Source: an uncultured Gemmatimonadales bacterium
GTDB lineage: Bacteria; Gemmatimonadota; Gemmatimonadetes; Gemmatimonadales; GWC2-71-9
Reading direction: 5' to 3'
Length of the DNA: 64,000 nucleotides
Assembly (NCBI GenBank): GCA_963821525.1
Contig: CAWGED010000019.1
Location: 800,001 to 864,000, forward strand
How positions within the stretch are numbered: the first letter of the stretch is position 1; every line of letters begins with the position of its first letter. The notes beneath the pieces were generated by a model. That model was given only the letters and a program-made list of their open reading frames with translations, did not search any database and was not told where the DNA came from. Of this stretch, positions 9,420 to 20,345 are shown in pieces. Position numbers and translations under genes: made by a program.

Positions 9420-10637
9420 TTAAAAGGCCTCCGCTACGGCCACGTAAAACTGCCCCCCGTCAGACCCGAAGGCCGCATCCACCCGGTAGTTGAGCGGATA
9501 CTTCTTCGTAAGCTGAAAGCGCAGTCCCGCCCCCGCCGCGGCTCGCAAATCCCCGCCGTCAAACTGGGCCGGCGTGGGGGAAATACCCGCGACCCCTCCG
9601 AACACCGCGAACCCGAACCTGCCGCCGATCTTCCGCCGGTATTCCGCCTGGAAACTGGCCTGGAAGCGGTCCTGGTAGCGACCGACCTGATAGCCCCGGA
9701 TGCCCTTCAATTCACCAATGCTGCAGTAATTGCTGATCGGGACATCTCCGCTGACATAGCACCCGTCCACGCCGAGTGCAAGGACTTGGCGGCCCTCGGC
9801 CCAGCCGTGGTAGAAATCGATGTAACCATAAGTCCGTTGGTAAGTGCTGTCCGAAGCGAAGCCGTCGAAAGACATCGTGGTTGCGAGAGAGCTGTTCCAG
9901 CCGCGGACGGGATAGTACGTGTTGTCGCGGGAATCGAATTGCACCACGGGAGCAAGGCCGAGGCTGTTCACCGACCCTGTGAGTCCGGCGAATTGGGCCA
10001 ATTCGGGTGGGACGGTATTGCTGTTGATGCTGAACTCGGAATGGACGTATTGCGCGCGCACACCACCGTACAAGTCTCCGCTCACCCGGCGGAGTCCCTG
10101 GCCAAAAAGGAAGCTCACCGGCTGTTTGATCTCGACCGATTTCCCGTCGGTACCAGCGTCCGTCCCGAAGCCGAAGAAGTCGTAGAACAGCTTGAAGTAT
10201 CCGAGCCCGCCGGCCGCACGCCATGCGTCTCCATCGAAATGGGCAATGCCCGCCAACATTGCTCCCCAGGTGCCGTTATCCGACGCGTAGCCGAGGAGCA
10301 TGCCGGTCGAGGGAGGAGTCTCGGGATGGTCATCCAGCTTTCGAAATGCCATTCCCGTCAGGGCGATTCCGAAGCCGAACTGCGCGTTGTAATTGGGAAT
10401 CGGCGCGACGGCGAAGGTGGTTCCCCGGTCAGGATTGACCACCTCCGAGTCGCGCCCGACATCCTCGGGTGTCATTGGTGCGCCCCGAGAGGGGGACTCG
10501 GCGGCCGGAGGGGCGAACCATTCGGTGGTTGTATCCGCCTGGGCACGGAGCCCGGCGGGAATCAGAACGAGGGCAAGTGCCAGCGCTGCCCCACCCAACC
10601 TCTCAACCAATCCACTCGTGCGTTCGGCAGTCGCCAT
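9420..10637 (-). CDS. BamA/TamA (Omp85-like) outer-membrane beta-barrel protein
   Basis: Signal peptide, FDSRDN..YP..G, IRGY..GRY.D, C-terminal AEAF. Confidence 0.85.
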   Translation of the reverse strand: MATAERTSGLVERLGGAALALALVLIPAGLRAQADTTTEWFAPPAAESPSRGAPMTPEDVGRDSEVVNPDRGTTFAVAPIPNYNAQFGFGIALTGMAFRKLDDHPETPPSTGMLLGYASDNGTWGAMLAGIAHFDGDAWRAAGGLGYFKLFYDFFGFGTDAGTDGKSVEIKQPVSFLFGQGLRRVSGDLYGGVRAQYVHSEFSINSNTVPPELAQFAGLTGSVNSLGLAPVVQFDSRDNTYYPVRGWNSSLATTMSFDGFASDSTYQRTYGYIDFYHGWAEGRQVLALGVDGCYVSGDVPISNYCSIGELKGIRGYQVGRYQDRFQASFQAEYRRKIGGRFGFAVFGGVAGISPTPAQFDGGDLRAAAGAGLRFQLTKKYPLNYRVDAAFGSDGGQFYVAVAEAF

Positions 10638-10834
10638 CGCCCTTCCGTTTCAGTTGGGAAGACAGGTACCAAGGTCACATCGAATGTCGTGGCCGATAGT
10701 GTCCTTTGGTGCATCTCCCGGAATGTCCCGAAAGGGCACGGGACAAGACGTTTGCCGCAATTCCTGAAACGGGCTAAGCTCCAAGACGTACGTCGTTCGT
10801 CGCCATTGCCGGTTCACCGCTTTTCCGTGATCTG

Positions 10835-11845
10835 ATGACCGTAACCCAAGCCCCCAGTTCCGACATCCAGCAGCTCGAGCGACTCGCCTCCGCCGTGGGG
10901 AGTCTCCGCACGCAGGTCGCCCGACGGATCGTGGGACAACAGGAGGTAGTGGACGGGATCCTGACAGCGGTTCTCGCCGGCGGGCATGCCCTGTTGATTG
11001 GGGTCCCCGGCCTGGCTAAGACGCTGATGGTCTCAACCGTCGCCGAGGCGCTTCGCCTCGGCTTCAATCGGGTCCAGTTCACCCCCGATCTGATGCCCAG
11101 CGACATCACCGGAACCGAGATCATTGAGGAGGATCCGGCGACCGGCAAGCGCGCTTTTCGTTTCGTCCACGGCCCCATCTTCGCCAACGTCGTCCTGGCG
11201 GACGAAATCAATCGGACCCCGCCCAAGACCCAGGCAGCGCTGCTCCAGGCCATGCAGGAGCACAACGTCACCGCGGCCGGCGGGACTTACCCGCTTCCCG
11301 AGCCGTTCTTCGTACTCGCTACCCAGAACCCGATCGAGCAGGAGGGGACCTATCCGCTTCCCGAAGCCCAGCTCGACCGGTTCATGCTGGAGCTGAGGGT
11401 TGGATATCCCAGCCGGAGCGAGGAGGAGTCCATCGTGGAGCAGACCACCGGGAGCCGGAAGGAGCGGCTCGACCCGGTGCTGGATGCGGAAGCGCTGCGT
11501 GGAATGCAGGACCTGGTGCGGCGGATTCCGGTCTCGAAGGAACTGATTCGCGCCTCGGTGACGCTAGCCCGGATGACCCGTCCAGCGGATGGCCAAGCCC
11601 CCGCTTTCATCAAGGAATTCGTGGAATGGGGAGCCGGACCCCGCGCTTCTCAGTACCTCGTCCTCGGCGCCAAGGCGCGGGCAGCGCTGGAGGGTCGCCC
11701 GATGGCTGACCTGGACGATGTGCGGGCGGTTGCTCCGGCGGTACTTCGCCACCGGGTGCTGACCAACTTCTCAGCCGAAGCGGCTGGGCGGAACAGCGAA
11801 GATGTGGTGCAGGAACTGCTGGCGGGTGGTGGCTGGCTTCCCTGA
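10835..11845 (+). CDS. MoxR-family AAA+ ATPase
   Basis: GVPGLAKT, RVQFTPDLMPSDI, LADEINR, ATQNPIEQEGTYPLPEAQLDRF. Confidence 0.95.
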   Translation: MTVTQAPSSDIQQLERLASAVGSLRTQVARRIVGQQEVVDGILTAVLAGGHALLIGVPGLAKTLMVSTVAEALRLGFNRVQFTPDLMPSDITGTEIIEEDPATGKRAFRFVHGPIFANVVLADEINRTPPKTQAALLQAMQEHNVTAAGGTYPLPEPFFVLATQNPIEQEGTYPLPEAQLDRFMLELRVGYPSRSEEESIVEQTTGSRKERLDPVLDAEALRGMQDLVRRIPVSKELIRASVTLARMTRPADGQAPAFIKEFVEWGAGPRASQYLVLGAKARAALEGRPMADLDDVRAVAPAVLRHRVLTNFSAEAAGRNSEDVVQELLAGGGWLP

Positions 11846-11850
11846 AGGCG

Positions 11851-12978
11851 TCAAGCCACCATAAGCAGAACGAACAGCATCAACCCCAGGGAATGGAAAA
11901 CCGAATCAAACACCCCGCTCAATAACGTCCCGATCAGGATCTGCTCGTCCTGGGTCAGCTCATCTCCGCTGGCCTTTTCCCAAACCGGAAAACCTCCGTC
12001 ATCTCTCGTCGCCGTCGCGAAGATCTGGCCATTACCCCTTAGGGTAAGTTCGGTCGTGTACAGGCGAGAGCCACCATCGAAATCCTGGAATCCTGCCAGG
12101 CGCACCGACTTCTTACCCTTGTTCAGCAGGACGTCAATCGCAGTGTGCGAGTTCTCTGAGCTGGGATTGAAGGTGTCGACGAAGTCGAAATGCAGACTCT
12201 CCACCGGCCCGACCAGGTCCAGCTTCACGCTTTGGTTCCGGGAGTTGACCTGCGTGAAATGCAGATTGAAGTCCATCGGGTCTGCACCCCTCGAGAGAAT
12301 TCCCTCGGCCACCAGGTCGAACCCGTCGCTGATCGGGACCCCATTATCCGGCAGGGTGACGGTGTAGTCCGCGTAGGTCTCCTGAGCCATTCCGGTCACC
12401 CGGACGCTGACCTGGAACGTCTCCGCGTCACTCAGGTCCTCCACGTCCAGCGTTCCCACCTGAGTCCCGGGATCCAAGGTCCCTGCCGCCACGTCGTACA
12501 GGACGAAGCGCACGCCGTGGGCCGGCCCCTGGTCGGAACCGTTGTCTTCGTATTGCCGGGTAAGGGGATTGAACTCGTAGACGTTGCCATAGAACCGGTC
12601 GTCGATCGCGTCGCTCATGGTGCGGAATTGGCGGCCGCCCGGATGCGGGAGACCGTGGGCCCATTTCGCGAACGGCCGGCTCGACGGGTCCCCCGGCGCC
12701 GTCGTCACTAGGGATCCGACCTGAAGCACCGCGACCAACTGCGACCCGTGACCTCGGGAAAGCACGTCCAGCGCGCCCGCCCCAAACTCCGCAACATTTT
12801 CCACCCCGACCAGCGGGCCGTTGGTGAGCGTCCCCACCATGTCCTTCATGCTGGTCACCAACCCCTGCGGGTCGTCGATCGCGGCCTCACTCGGCCCACT
12901 ACTATCCCCGCAGGCGCCGAGGAGGGACACCAGCGCAAGCCCGGATGCCGGCAAGAGAGGCCGTAACATGAGACTCAT
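11851..12978 (-). CDS. Hypothetical lipoprotein, paralogue of 13128-14270
   Basis: Lipobox LGAC; shares DPQGL, DAIDD and GPAxGVRFVLYDV blocks with its neighbour. Confidence 0.75.
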   Translation of the reverse strand: MSLMLRPLLPASGLALVSLLGACGDSSGPSEAAIDDPQGLVTSMKDMVGTLTNGPLVGVENVAEFGAGALDVLSRGHGSQLVAVLQVGSLVTTAPGDPSSRPFAKWAHGLPHPGGRQFRTMSDAIDDRFYGNVYEFNPLTRQYEDNGSDQGPAHGVRFVLYDVAAGTLDPGTQVGTLDVEDLSDAETFQVSVRVTGMAQETYADYTVTLPDNGVPISDGFDLVAEGILSRGADPMDFNLHFTQVNSRNQSVKLDLVGPVESLHFDFVDTFNPSSENSHTAIDVLLNKGKKSVRLAGFQDFDGGSRLYTTELTLRGNGQIFATATRDDGGFPVWEKASGDELTQDEQILIGTLLSGVFDSVFHSLGLMLFVLLMVA

Positions 12979-13127
12979 GATGGATCCAAGGTTCGACGGA
13001 GTTCCGTCTTTGTCCAGACGAGGACCGACCTCCGTCCTGCACATCGAAACGACTGGCCTTCAAGCCAAACCGGCCCGGATCAATTGACCCGGGCCGGTTC
13101 TCCCTACGAGACATCCCTGCTGGCTGG

Positions 13128-14270
13128 TTACGCCGTTACCATCAGCAGCGCGAAGTAGACCAGCGCAAAGACGTTCAACGTTGCACCGAACACCGCGGCA
13201 GCCACCGCCCCGATGAGGTTTCCCTCGGCGTTGGTGAGCGGCTGGCCGTTTTCCTTGACCCACACCGGGTCGCCGGACCCGTCATCAGTCGTTGCCCGGG
13301 CGAAGATCCTGCCGTTAGCTCGGATGGTGAAATCGGTGGCGTAATTGCCTGAGCCACCATCGTAGTCCTGGGTTCCGTTTACCCGGAGCGTTTCGTTGTG
13401 CCCCTGCAGAGTTATATCCAGACCGAGGTGGGAATCGTCGGTCTGTGGATCCTCGGTGGTCTCCACAGTCAGACCCATGCTGGCGTTGGGGCCAGTCAGG
13501 CCGACGGTCACCACCTGCGCGTCTGGACTCGTCTGCGTCAGATGCATCTCGAAGGCCACCTGACCGTCGCCCAGCGTTCCCTCTGAGAGCAGGTCGAAGG
13601 TCTGCGCCACCGGGTCGAAGGTGTCGGGCAGGGTGACCGAGTAGTCTGCGTAGGTGACCGTGCCGTTGAGGTCGGTCACCACGATGCCAACCTCGGACTT
13701 GGTCGGATCGCTCTGGTCCAGCACGTCGAGGTAGCCGACCGGCGTGTTGGGATCGATCGAACCGCCCACCACGTCATAGAGCACGAAGCGGACACCGTTG
13801 GCCGGACCGGCGTTGGTGCCGTCGTCCTCGTATTGCTGGGTCGTCGGATTGTAGGCGAAGACGGTGGTGTAGTACGAATCGTCAATCGCATCACCCATCG
13901 TCACGATGTGGCCATCTGAGCCAATCGGATGGGTGGGGCGGACTCCCGCCTCGAGCCGCGGAATCTTGAAGTACCCGTGGCCGGAGAGGACGATCGTGGG
14001 TCGGGCGCCGAGGATCGCCTGCATCCCCGCGCCGTGGCCGCGAGAGAGCGCATCCAGCGCGGAGCCGCCGAAGTTCCCGATGTTGCCCACCCCGATCAGG
14101 GGACCGGCGCTCAGCGTACCGACCAGGCCATTCACGTCGGTCTGCAGGCCCTGCGGATCGTTGATGCTGCCCGAGCCGCTCGGCCCACTCGAGTCGCTGC
14201 TGCACGAGGCCAGAGCTACCACGCTGGCCAGAGCCAGCGTCGCCAGGCCGGACCGCCGAATCACCTTCAT
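13128..14270 (-). CDS. Hypothetical lipoprotein, paralogue of 11851-12978
   Basis: Lipobox LASC, good RBS (AGGGAGGG), hydrophobic C-terminus. Confidence 0.8.
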   Translation of the reverse strand: MKVIRRSGLATLALASVVALASCSSDSSGPSGSGSINDPQGLQTDVNGLVGTLSAGPLIGVGNIGNFGGSALDALSRGHGAGMQAILGARPTIVLSGHGYFKIPRLEAGVRPTHPIGSDGHIVTMGDAIDDSYYTTVFAYNPTTQQYEDDGTNAGPANGVRFVLYDVVGGSIDPNTPVGYLDVLDQSDPTKSEVGIVVTDLNGTVTYADYSVTLPDTFDPVAQTFDLLSEGTLGDGQVAFEMHLTQTSPDAQVVTVGLTGPNASMGLTVETTEDPQTDDSHLGLDITLQGHNETLRVNGTQDYDGGSGNYATDFTIRANGRIFARATTDDGSGDPVWVKENGQPLTNAEGNLIGAVAAAVFGATLNVFALVYFALLMVTA

Positions 14271-14325
14271 GGCACAACCCTCCCTGTTCAGGTTCGGTGG
14301 AGTCCAGTCTTTCCGGACCAGTTTT

Positions 14326-15186
14326 CTATTCAGTAAACGTGACGGTGGGATTATTCCCGCAGCCGGCGAAAACGACGTGGAAAATGCCGGTCGTGTTCGC
14401 GACGGTGCCTTGCAGATCCACTTGACCAGTCGAAATCGGCTGGAACGAGCTGCAGCCGGGATCGAACTCGAGCGCGACTGGCGTCGTGATCGTCAACTCG
14501 AAGTCCTCGGTGGAGCGCCGCCAGTCGAGCGTGCCGACGATGGTGAGGCTCCCCGCTTGCAGGGGACCGAGAATGTTGATGAAGTTGCCCTGATCAGGGG
14601 TAAAGAGGACGGTCCCGAGCAGGTGGATGTGGGCAACGGCCTTCCCTGGCCTGGCCCGATCGGTAAAATCGCTGAACATGATCGTGGCACTGTCCGCATC
14701 GCCGCTCCGGTTGGCGACCCCGTTGCGGACGGCGGTTTCGGTCATGCTCGAGGCGCCGTCCAGGAAGGTCCAGGTCAGCTGGGTGAAAGTGAGATCGTAG
14801 TCAGTCGTCGTAATGACCCCGCCGTCGTGCAGACCGAGGATGCCGGTTACCCCCACGCTGCCGCCGCTGGCCACGTTGCTGTGACAGGGGGGATCGGTGA
14901 AGGTGAGGTTGGCGTCATCCGGAATGTCGTCGTGGTCCGCGTCGTCGGTGTTGGACGGAACCGGACATCCGGCGGCTGAATTGAACCCGAAGGGAAGTCC
15001 CGGCTGATCCAGGGTGATGAGGCCCAGTGCCAGGCTCACCCCTTCAGCGAGAGAGGAACCTATTTCGACACGCAGGCTGGCTGCCGGGCCACCGCCCCCA
15101 CCACTGACGCCGGACAGGCCGGAGCCGCTGCCGCAGGCACCTAAGAGGACGAGGGGCAGAAGAACAGCCAGACGGGAACTAGGCAT
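14326..15186 (-). CDS. Hypothetical lipoprotein
   Basis: Lipobox LGAC, Gly/Ser linker, Thr-rich beta-strand-like body with Cys pairs. Confidence 0.75.
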   Translation of the reverse strand: MPSSRLAVLLPLVLLGACGSGSGLSGVSGGGGGPAASLRVEIGSSLAEGVSLALGLITLDQPGLPFGFNSAAGCPVPSNTDDADHDDIPDDANLTFTDPPCHSNVASGGSVGVTGILGLHDGGVITTTDYDLTFTQLTWTFLDGASSMTETAVRNGVANRSGDADSATIMFSDFTDRARPGKAVAHIHLLGTVLFTPDQGNFINILGPLQAGSLTIVGTLDWRRSTEDFELTITTPVALEFDPGCSSFQPISTGQVDLQGTVANTTGIFHVVFAGCGNNPTVTFTE

Positions 15187-15467
15187 CTAGGCCCTCCGGT
15201 CGGAACGACTGAACGCTGGCGCTTCGGATACTCGTAATCTAGCGGGTTCCTCTTGGAATCTGGCACGGCGTACAGCCTTAGGCCACTGCCCAAACCTTGT
15301 GGCTGTATGGGATTTGGCCGGTCGGGGCAGTTCCGGGCCCAAGGCGGCCTCCCTACTGGCAGGAACCCGCGCGAGGGGTACTCTAGACGAACCCGGAAAC
15401 ATCGTTTTGACGCTTGGTTGATGGTGGCGACCAAGACTCCTGAGTCGCGCCTTCAGGGTTCGCGCAC

Positions 15468-18400
15468 ATGCCTCCGCATTTCTACCTCAAGTGTCTGGGC
15501 AATCCGGAGCTCCGGTCCCCCTCGGGAGATCCGGTCAAGTTTCGTACCCGTAAGCCGCTCGCCCTCCTGCTCTATCTCGCGGTCGAACCTCGGCATCCAC
15601 ACCGGCGTGACCGGCTGGCCGACTTGTTGTGGCCTAAAGGCTCAGCCCTGGAGGGACGTCATTCGGTGGCCACAGCACTCTCCGTACTGCGCGGCAAGCT
15701 GGGTGCCCAGGCGCTGGAAACCACTCGCGACCTGGTGCGATTCACCTTCGGCCAGCTCGAACTCGACCTGGACCGGCTCAGCCGCGGCGATGTGCTCGGC
15801 GACGAGTTCACCCCGGCCCTGGATGTCGGAGGGTTTCTCGAAGATTTCGACGTCGCCGACGCCCCTGAATTTCAGATGTGGCGCGATCAGCAGTGCGCGA
15901 GGCTCCTCCCCTCGTTGCGCGAAGCCTTCATCCGCTTGATGGACCGGTGCCGCCGCACCGGAGACTTCCGCCGCATCGAGGTCCTGGCCGACCGGCTGCA
16001 GACGCTCGACGACCTCAGTGAAGACGCGATCCGGGCCAAGATGGAGGCCCGGGCCCTTGATGGAGACCGCCTCGGTGCGCTGCGACTCTTCGAGCAGTGG
16101 CGGCTTCGGCTGAGCGACGAGCTGGGCGCCCAACCCTCGGCGCTGATTGATGGGATGGCCATCCGGCTGCGCCGGCGCGGTTGGGAGCAGACCCGCGCGG
16201 TGCCCCTGCCTCCGGTTTTCACCGACCGGTGGAAAGGTCGCCGCTTCGTCGGTCGCAGCGTCCAGTACCAGGCGCTCTACGAGGTATGGGAGCGCACCAT
16301 GCGAAGTCAGGCTCGCCATGCCCTCGTTCTGGGCGACTCCGGGATCGGCAAAAGCACTCTGGTTGAGCGCCTGGTCACCGCCGCTGGCATCGAGGGCGCC
16401 GCGTCTACCCGAGTCCAGTGCTACGAGCTCGAGCGGGACATTCCCTACACGGCGATCGGGGGACTGGTTCGCGGCCTGCTGGACCGGCCCGAGATCGCCG
16501 GCACACCACCCGAGTGGCTGGCCGAGCTTGCGGCACTGGTGCCGGACCTCAAGGCGAGGTTCACTGGGCTCCCGCCGGTACCGGAAACCCAGGGTGAGAC
16601 CGCCCGGATCCGTCTCGCCGAGGCGATACACCAGCTCCTGATGGCGGTGGCGGAGGAGCACCCGGTCATTGTCGTGGTGGACGACGTGCACCTGGCGGAC
16701 GATGTGAGCGTGGCCGTGCTCCACCTGCTCATGCGCCGGACCCAGAGCCAGCGGATCATGGTGGTGCTCACCGGCTCGACCCGCCGAGTTGAGCCGGGCA
16801 CCGTCGGCGGCGCGCCTGCGGGAAAACCAGCGCGGGCTGGGACTGGAGATCATCGAGCTCCCGCACCTCACACCGGACGAGAGCGCCGAACTCGTCGAGG
16901 GATTGGCCCAGGCGGCGGAGACCGAGCCCAGCCTCACGGTTCGCCGGGCCCTGGTGCGCGCCGCCGCCGGCATTCCGATGGTGCTGGAACTCCTCTTCCG
17001 CGACTGGCAAACCAACGGCGAACGCTGCCTGGCCCTCTCGGTGGGTGCCATGACGGCCGATGCGATCGAGGCGGGTACCGAGGGCGCCTATCGCCAGATC
17101 CTGGACCGGGTCGTCGGAGACCTCGACGACGTGTCGCGCGCGGTGCTCAACCTCGCCTCCATCCTCGGCGCCCGCTTGAACGATCTCCCGATGTACCAGC
17201 TGGTAGACCTCTCGGTTGCCCAGACGATGGCGGGGATGGCGCGGCTCACCGAGCTGCGGCTGCTCCGGGACGGCGGTCACGCGCTCGACTTTCGGAACGA
17301 AGTGATCCGGGCTCACGCCTACTTCGGCGTCCCGTCGCCGCATCGGACGGCGTTGCATGGCCGGATAGCGGATCTTCTCCTGGCGAGTGACGGGCGAGGG
17401 GAGTCGGTGCCTGGGCTGGAGATAGCGTGGCACTGCGTGCGGGCGGGGCGGACCGCGCAATCGACCCCGTACCTCCTCAGAGGCGCCAGAGAGGCGATGC
17501 AAAGCGGTGCCCCCTTCGAAACCGAGCAGGCCCTCAGCTCCGCGATGGGCTGGCTTCCGATTCGTCATCACACTGAAGCCCTACTGCTGTTTGCCGAGAG
17601 CCTTCAGGAGCAGGGCCGGTGGAAAGAGTCTCGCAAAGTACTGGGTGGGGAGCTGGACCCTCTAGATGACGAGACGCGGGAAATGAAGTTCGTACTGAGT
17701 GTGAGAGCCGCGAATTTCGAAGGAGTCCCTCAAGCGGAGGCCGAAAGTCTCCGCAAGATACTGAGGGATGTGATGACCGGAGGAAAGACGCCTCGCTCAA
17801 GGACAAGAGCTGCCTATGTCTGCAGCCAGATACTGTTCAGTTCCGCACAAAGCGCTGAATGCCTCGAGCTTTACAACTGCTGCAAAGAGATCCCGACGAG
17901 TGGACTATCTATCAGTGAGATGTCGGAGTTCTTGCTCGCGAAGACAAGTCTTCGCATACATGGCCCATGTAGAGAAGGAGTACTCAGAGGTCAGAGCTAG
18001 GCTGGAGCTGCAAAGGTTGGAACACGACAGGTTGGGAATAGCTAATCAAGCAGCCGCTTTAACAGAAAACCATCTCGGCTGCGCGGATTCGGCCGAAGGT
18101 CGATACGCCAATGCCCTTCCTTACTTCGAACGATCCCTGCGACTCGCTGAAAGGTTGGGGGACGAGAGATTGATGTCCCAGATCGCGTCCAACCTGGCGT
18201 TAGCGAATGGACGACTTGGTCGCTACGATGAGCAGCTAAGGTGGGCTGGATTCGGCCTCGCCCAAGGTGAGTGTGAACGGCATAGATATAAGCTGGTCTA
18301 CTATCGGTCTTGGGCGTTGGCGATGCTTGGAGAGGCGACTCAAGGCCATCTCCTCAGTAATTGAGGAAGCAGCGAGGCCGACCAATCGCACTCCAAACTG

Positions 18401-18791
18401 GCTTCCACCTGTAAGACAGATCTTGTTTGCAGACGTCAAGTACATCGCAGGGGCGAGAAAAGAGGCTAGCCGGGACGCCGCCGAGGTACTGCGATCTAAC
18501 CGACGAACTGGATTCCACGAAGCGTTTGCGGGTGTGTACGCCAGGTGGTTGGCAAAGCTTTCGGGCGCTGGTTTGGACCTGGAGGAGGGCTACGGGGAGT
18601 TACAGTCTCTTAGCTCAATGCTCTACCATTTCGATGCAGTCGATCGAGCTGAAATTCTTAGCGGCAGGTTGTACCTGGAGCGGCTGCGTGGAGAGAATGG
18701 GAAATCCACCGAAACCGAACTTCACGCTGCCCTTAGCTGCTTACCAGAGGCCGTTGCCCGTCAGATTTCACTACTTGATATGCCAACCTGA
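15468..18791 (+). CDS. Large SARP/AfsR-like transcriptional regulator (winged helix + BTAD + AAA ATPase + TPR), broken by apparent frameshifts near 16780, 17950 and 18340
   Basis: LALLLYLA...RDRLADLLWP winged helix, BTAD-like helices, Walker A GDSGIGKS, Walker B VVVDDVH, TPR-like ALPYFERSLRLAERLGD...NLA; pieced from ORFs 15468-17390, 16789-18000, 17816-18364 and 18267-18791. Confidence 0.85.
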
Positions 18792-18794
18792 ACT

Positions 18795-20214
18795 CTAGGC
18801 GCCTAGCCAGGAGCGCCTAGCTCTGCGTGTCGCACCCGTTCCCCAACTGACTCGCTTGGATCCTCCCTCACGCGGTACGGCTTTCTCCCCACCGTCTGAG
18901 GCCTGTGAAATTTCTGCCATCACACGCCGAATCACGACGGAGTTAACCACCAAATCAACAAGATTGGGATCGAATTGTGTTCCGCGGCACTTCTGAAGCT
19001 CCCCAACAACCGCTTCCACGGTCAGCTTCTTCCTGTATGGCCGATCCGTAGTCATCGCATCGGTCGTATCAGAAATCATGATGATTCGGGCACCGAGCGG
19101 GATCGCATCGCCTGCCATTCCATCAGGATATCCGTGCCCATCCCAGCGTTCATGGTGACTCCGTACAGCATCATGAATGGCGCCGCGGAAGCTCGAGATA
19201 ATCGCGACCAACTCGGCGCTCTTCGCGGAATGCGTCTGCAGTAGAGCCATTTCCTCTGGGGTGAGCTTTGAATCCTTCCGAAGAAGAGGTGCGAATTCCT
19301 CATGGATCTTGCCTACGTCATGAAGGACGGCAGCTGTATAGACCTCCTCTACCTGGTCGGAGGTCATCTTGGCTTCCTGAGCAATAGCCTTCGAGAGCGT
19401 AGCGACGCGGATTGAGTGGCCCGATGTGTATGGGTCCCGTGCTTCGATTGCCTTGACCATTAGGTCGAGAAGTTCGCGCCCGCTGTTCTGGAGCTTCCTA
19501 TACAATCCGTAGACGTGACGGATAACAATTACAGGGATCGTAACGCTGATCAAGACCCAATGGACCGAATCCCAGGAGGTGTTCTGACTTCCTGTAGAAA
19601 AACGCCACAACCAGAGCTATTGCGCTGGCCCCAAGATCATACCCTAAGACGCCCTTCGCATTCAGATTCCAGACCTCACCAAACCTCCTACCAGAACTGA
19701 TAGCAACGGCAGCGTTGACGGCGATTGTATTGACCGCGAAATATGTTGCCTCCAAAGACAAAAAACAGTCCGAGATCTCTTTGAACATCGGCAGACTGAA
19801 CTCCGACATTCAGCGCGAGATACGCCGGAGGGAGGCCACCGCCAAGTGCCTGATAGAGAAGGACACCGAGGACGACTGAGAGGAATCTCTGTGCGGTGTT
19901 GAAGACGATCTTTATGCCTGGACGCCTGTTTGTCCACTCGACTGGCGGCGGTAGATGCTGCGGCTACAAACCCTCCCCAAAAGCCTCCAAACAGGACCGC
20001 CGGCTGCAAGGTGGATAATGAAGGATGCCGAGCCCTTTGCTTCGACTCGAAGGGGATTGCCTGAAAGGTCAATTAGATAGGCGACAACCACAAAGCTGCA
20101 AAGAGCCCAAAGCCCAGGATTGGGCGAGACGTGACTGGCCAAGCCGCGGCACCCGAGAGCGGCCGCAAGGACAGATCGAGCCAACGTAAATCTGAACGTT
20201 TTCGACTCATTCAT
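18795..20214 (-). CDS. Membrane-bound HD-GYP phosphodiesterase with a multi-TM N-terminal sensor (MASE9-like), several apparent frameshifts
   Basis: EARDPYTSGHS, LHDVGK, HHERWDGHGYP, DAMTTDRPYR, GTQFDP; upstream hydrophobic fragments in ORFs 19912-20214, 19662-20072 and 19498-19809. Confidence 0.9.
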
Positions 20215-20261
20215 GATAGCAGACTAGCAAGGGCCCCGGCCGTCCTACATCCAACTGGAGC

Positions 20262-20345
20262 TTATGTCCAATCGGCGCCTTCACCCAAAGAAGTCACGCG
20301 GGCGAAGAACTCAATGACTTTCGCGAGCAAGCTGATGTGCAACAT
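20262..20345 (-). CDS. Unannotated 27-aa peptide MLHISLLAKVIEFFARVTSLGEGADWT
   Basis: ATG at 20345, TAA at 20262-20264, strong RBS AAGGAGA (20351-20357) 5 nt upstream, ends 47 bp before the HD-GYP start. Confidence 0.75.
   Translation of the reverse strand: MLHISLLAKVIEFFARVTSLGEGADWT

Noticed and set aside
15242..15370. Cobalamin riboswitch (CCGGAACTGCCCC on the minus strand) or sigma54 promoter (CTGGCACG at about 15260)
   Set aside because: The other B12-box elements are missing or on the wrong strand, and the GC of the -12 element is one base off the required spacing.
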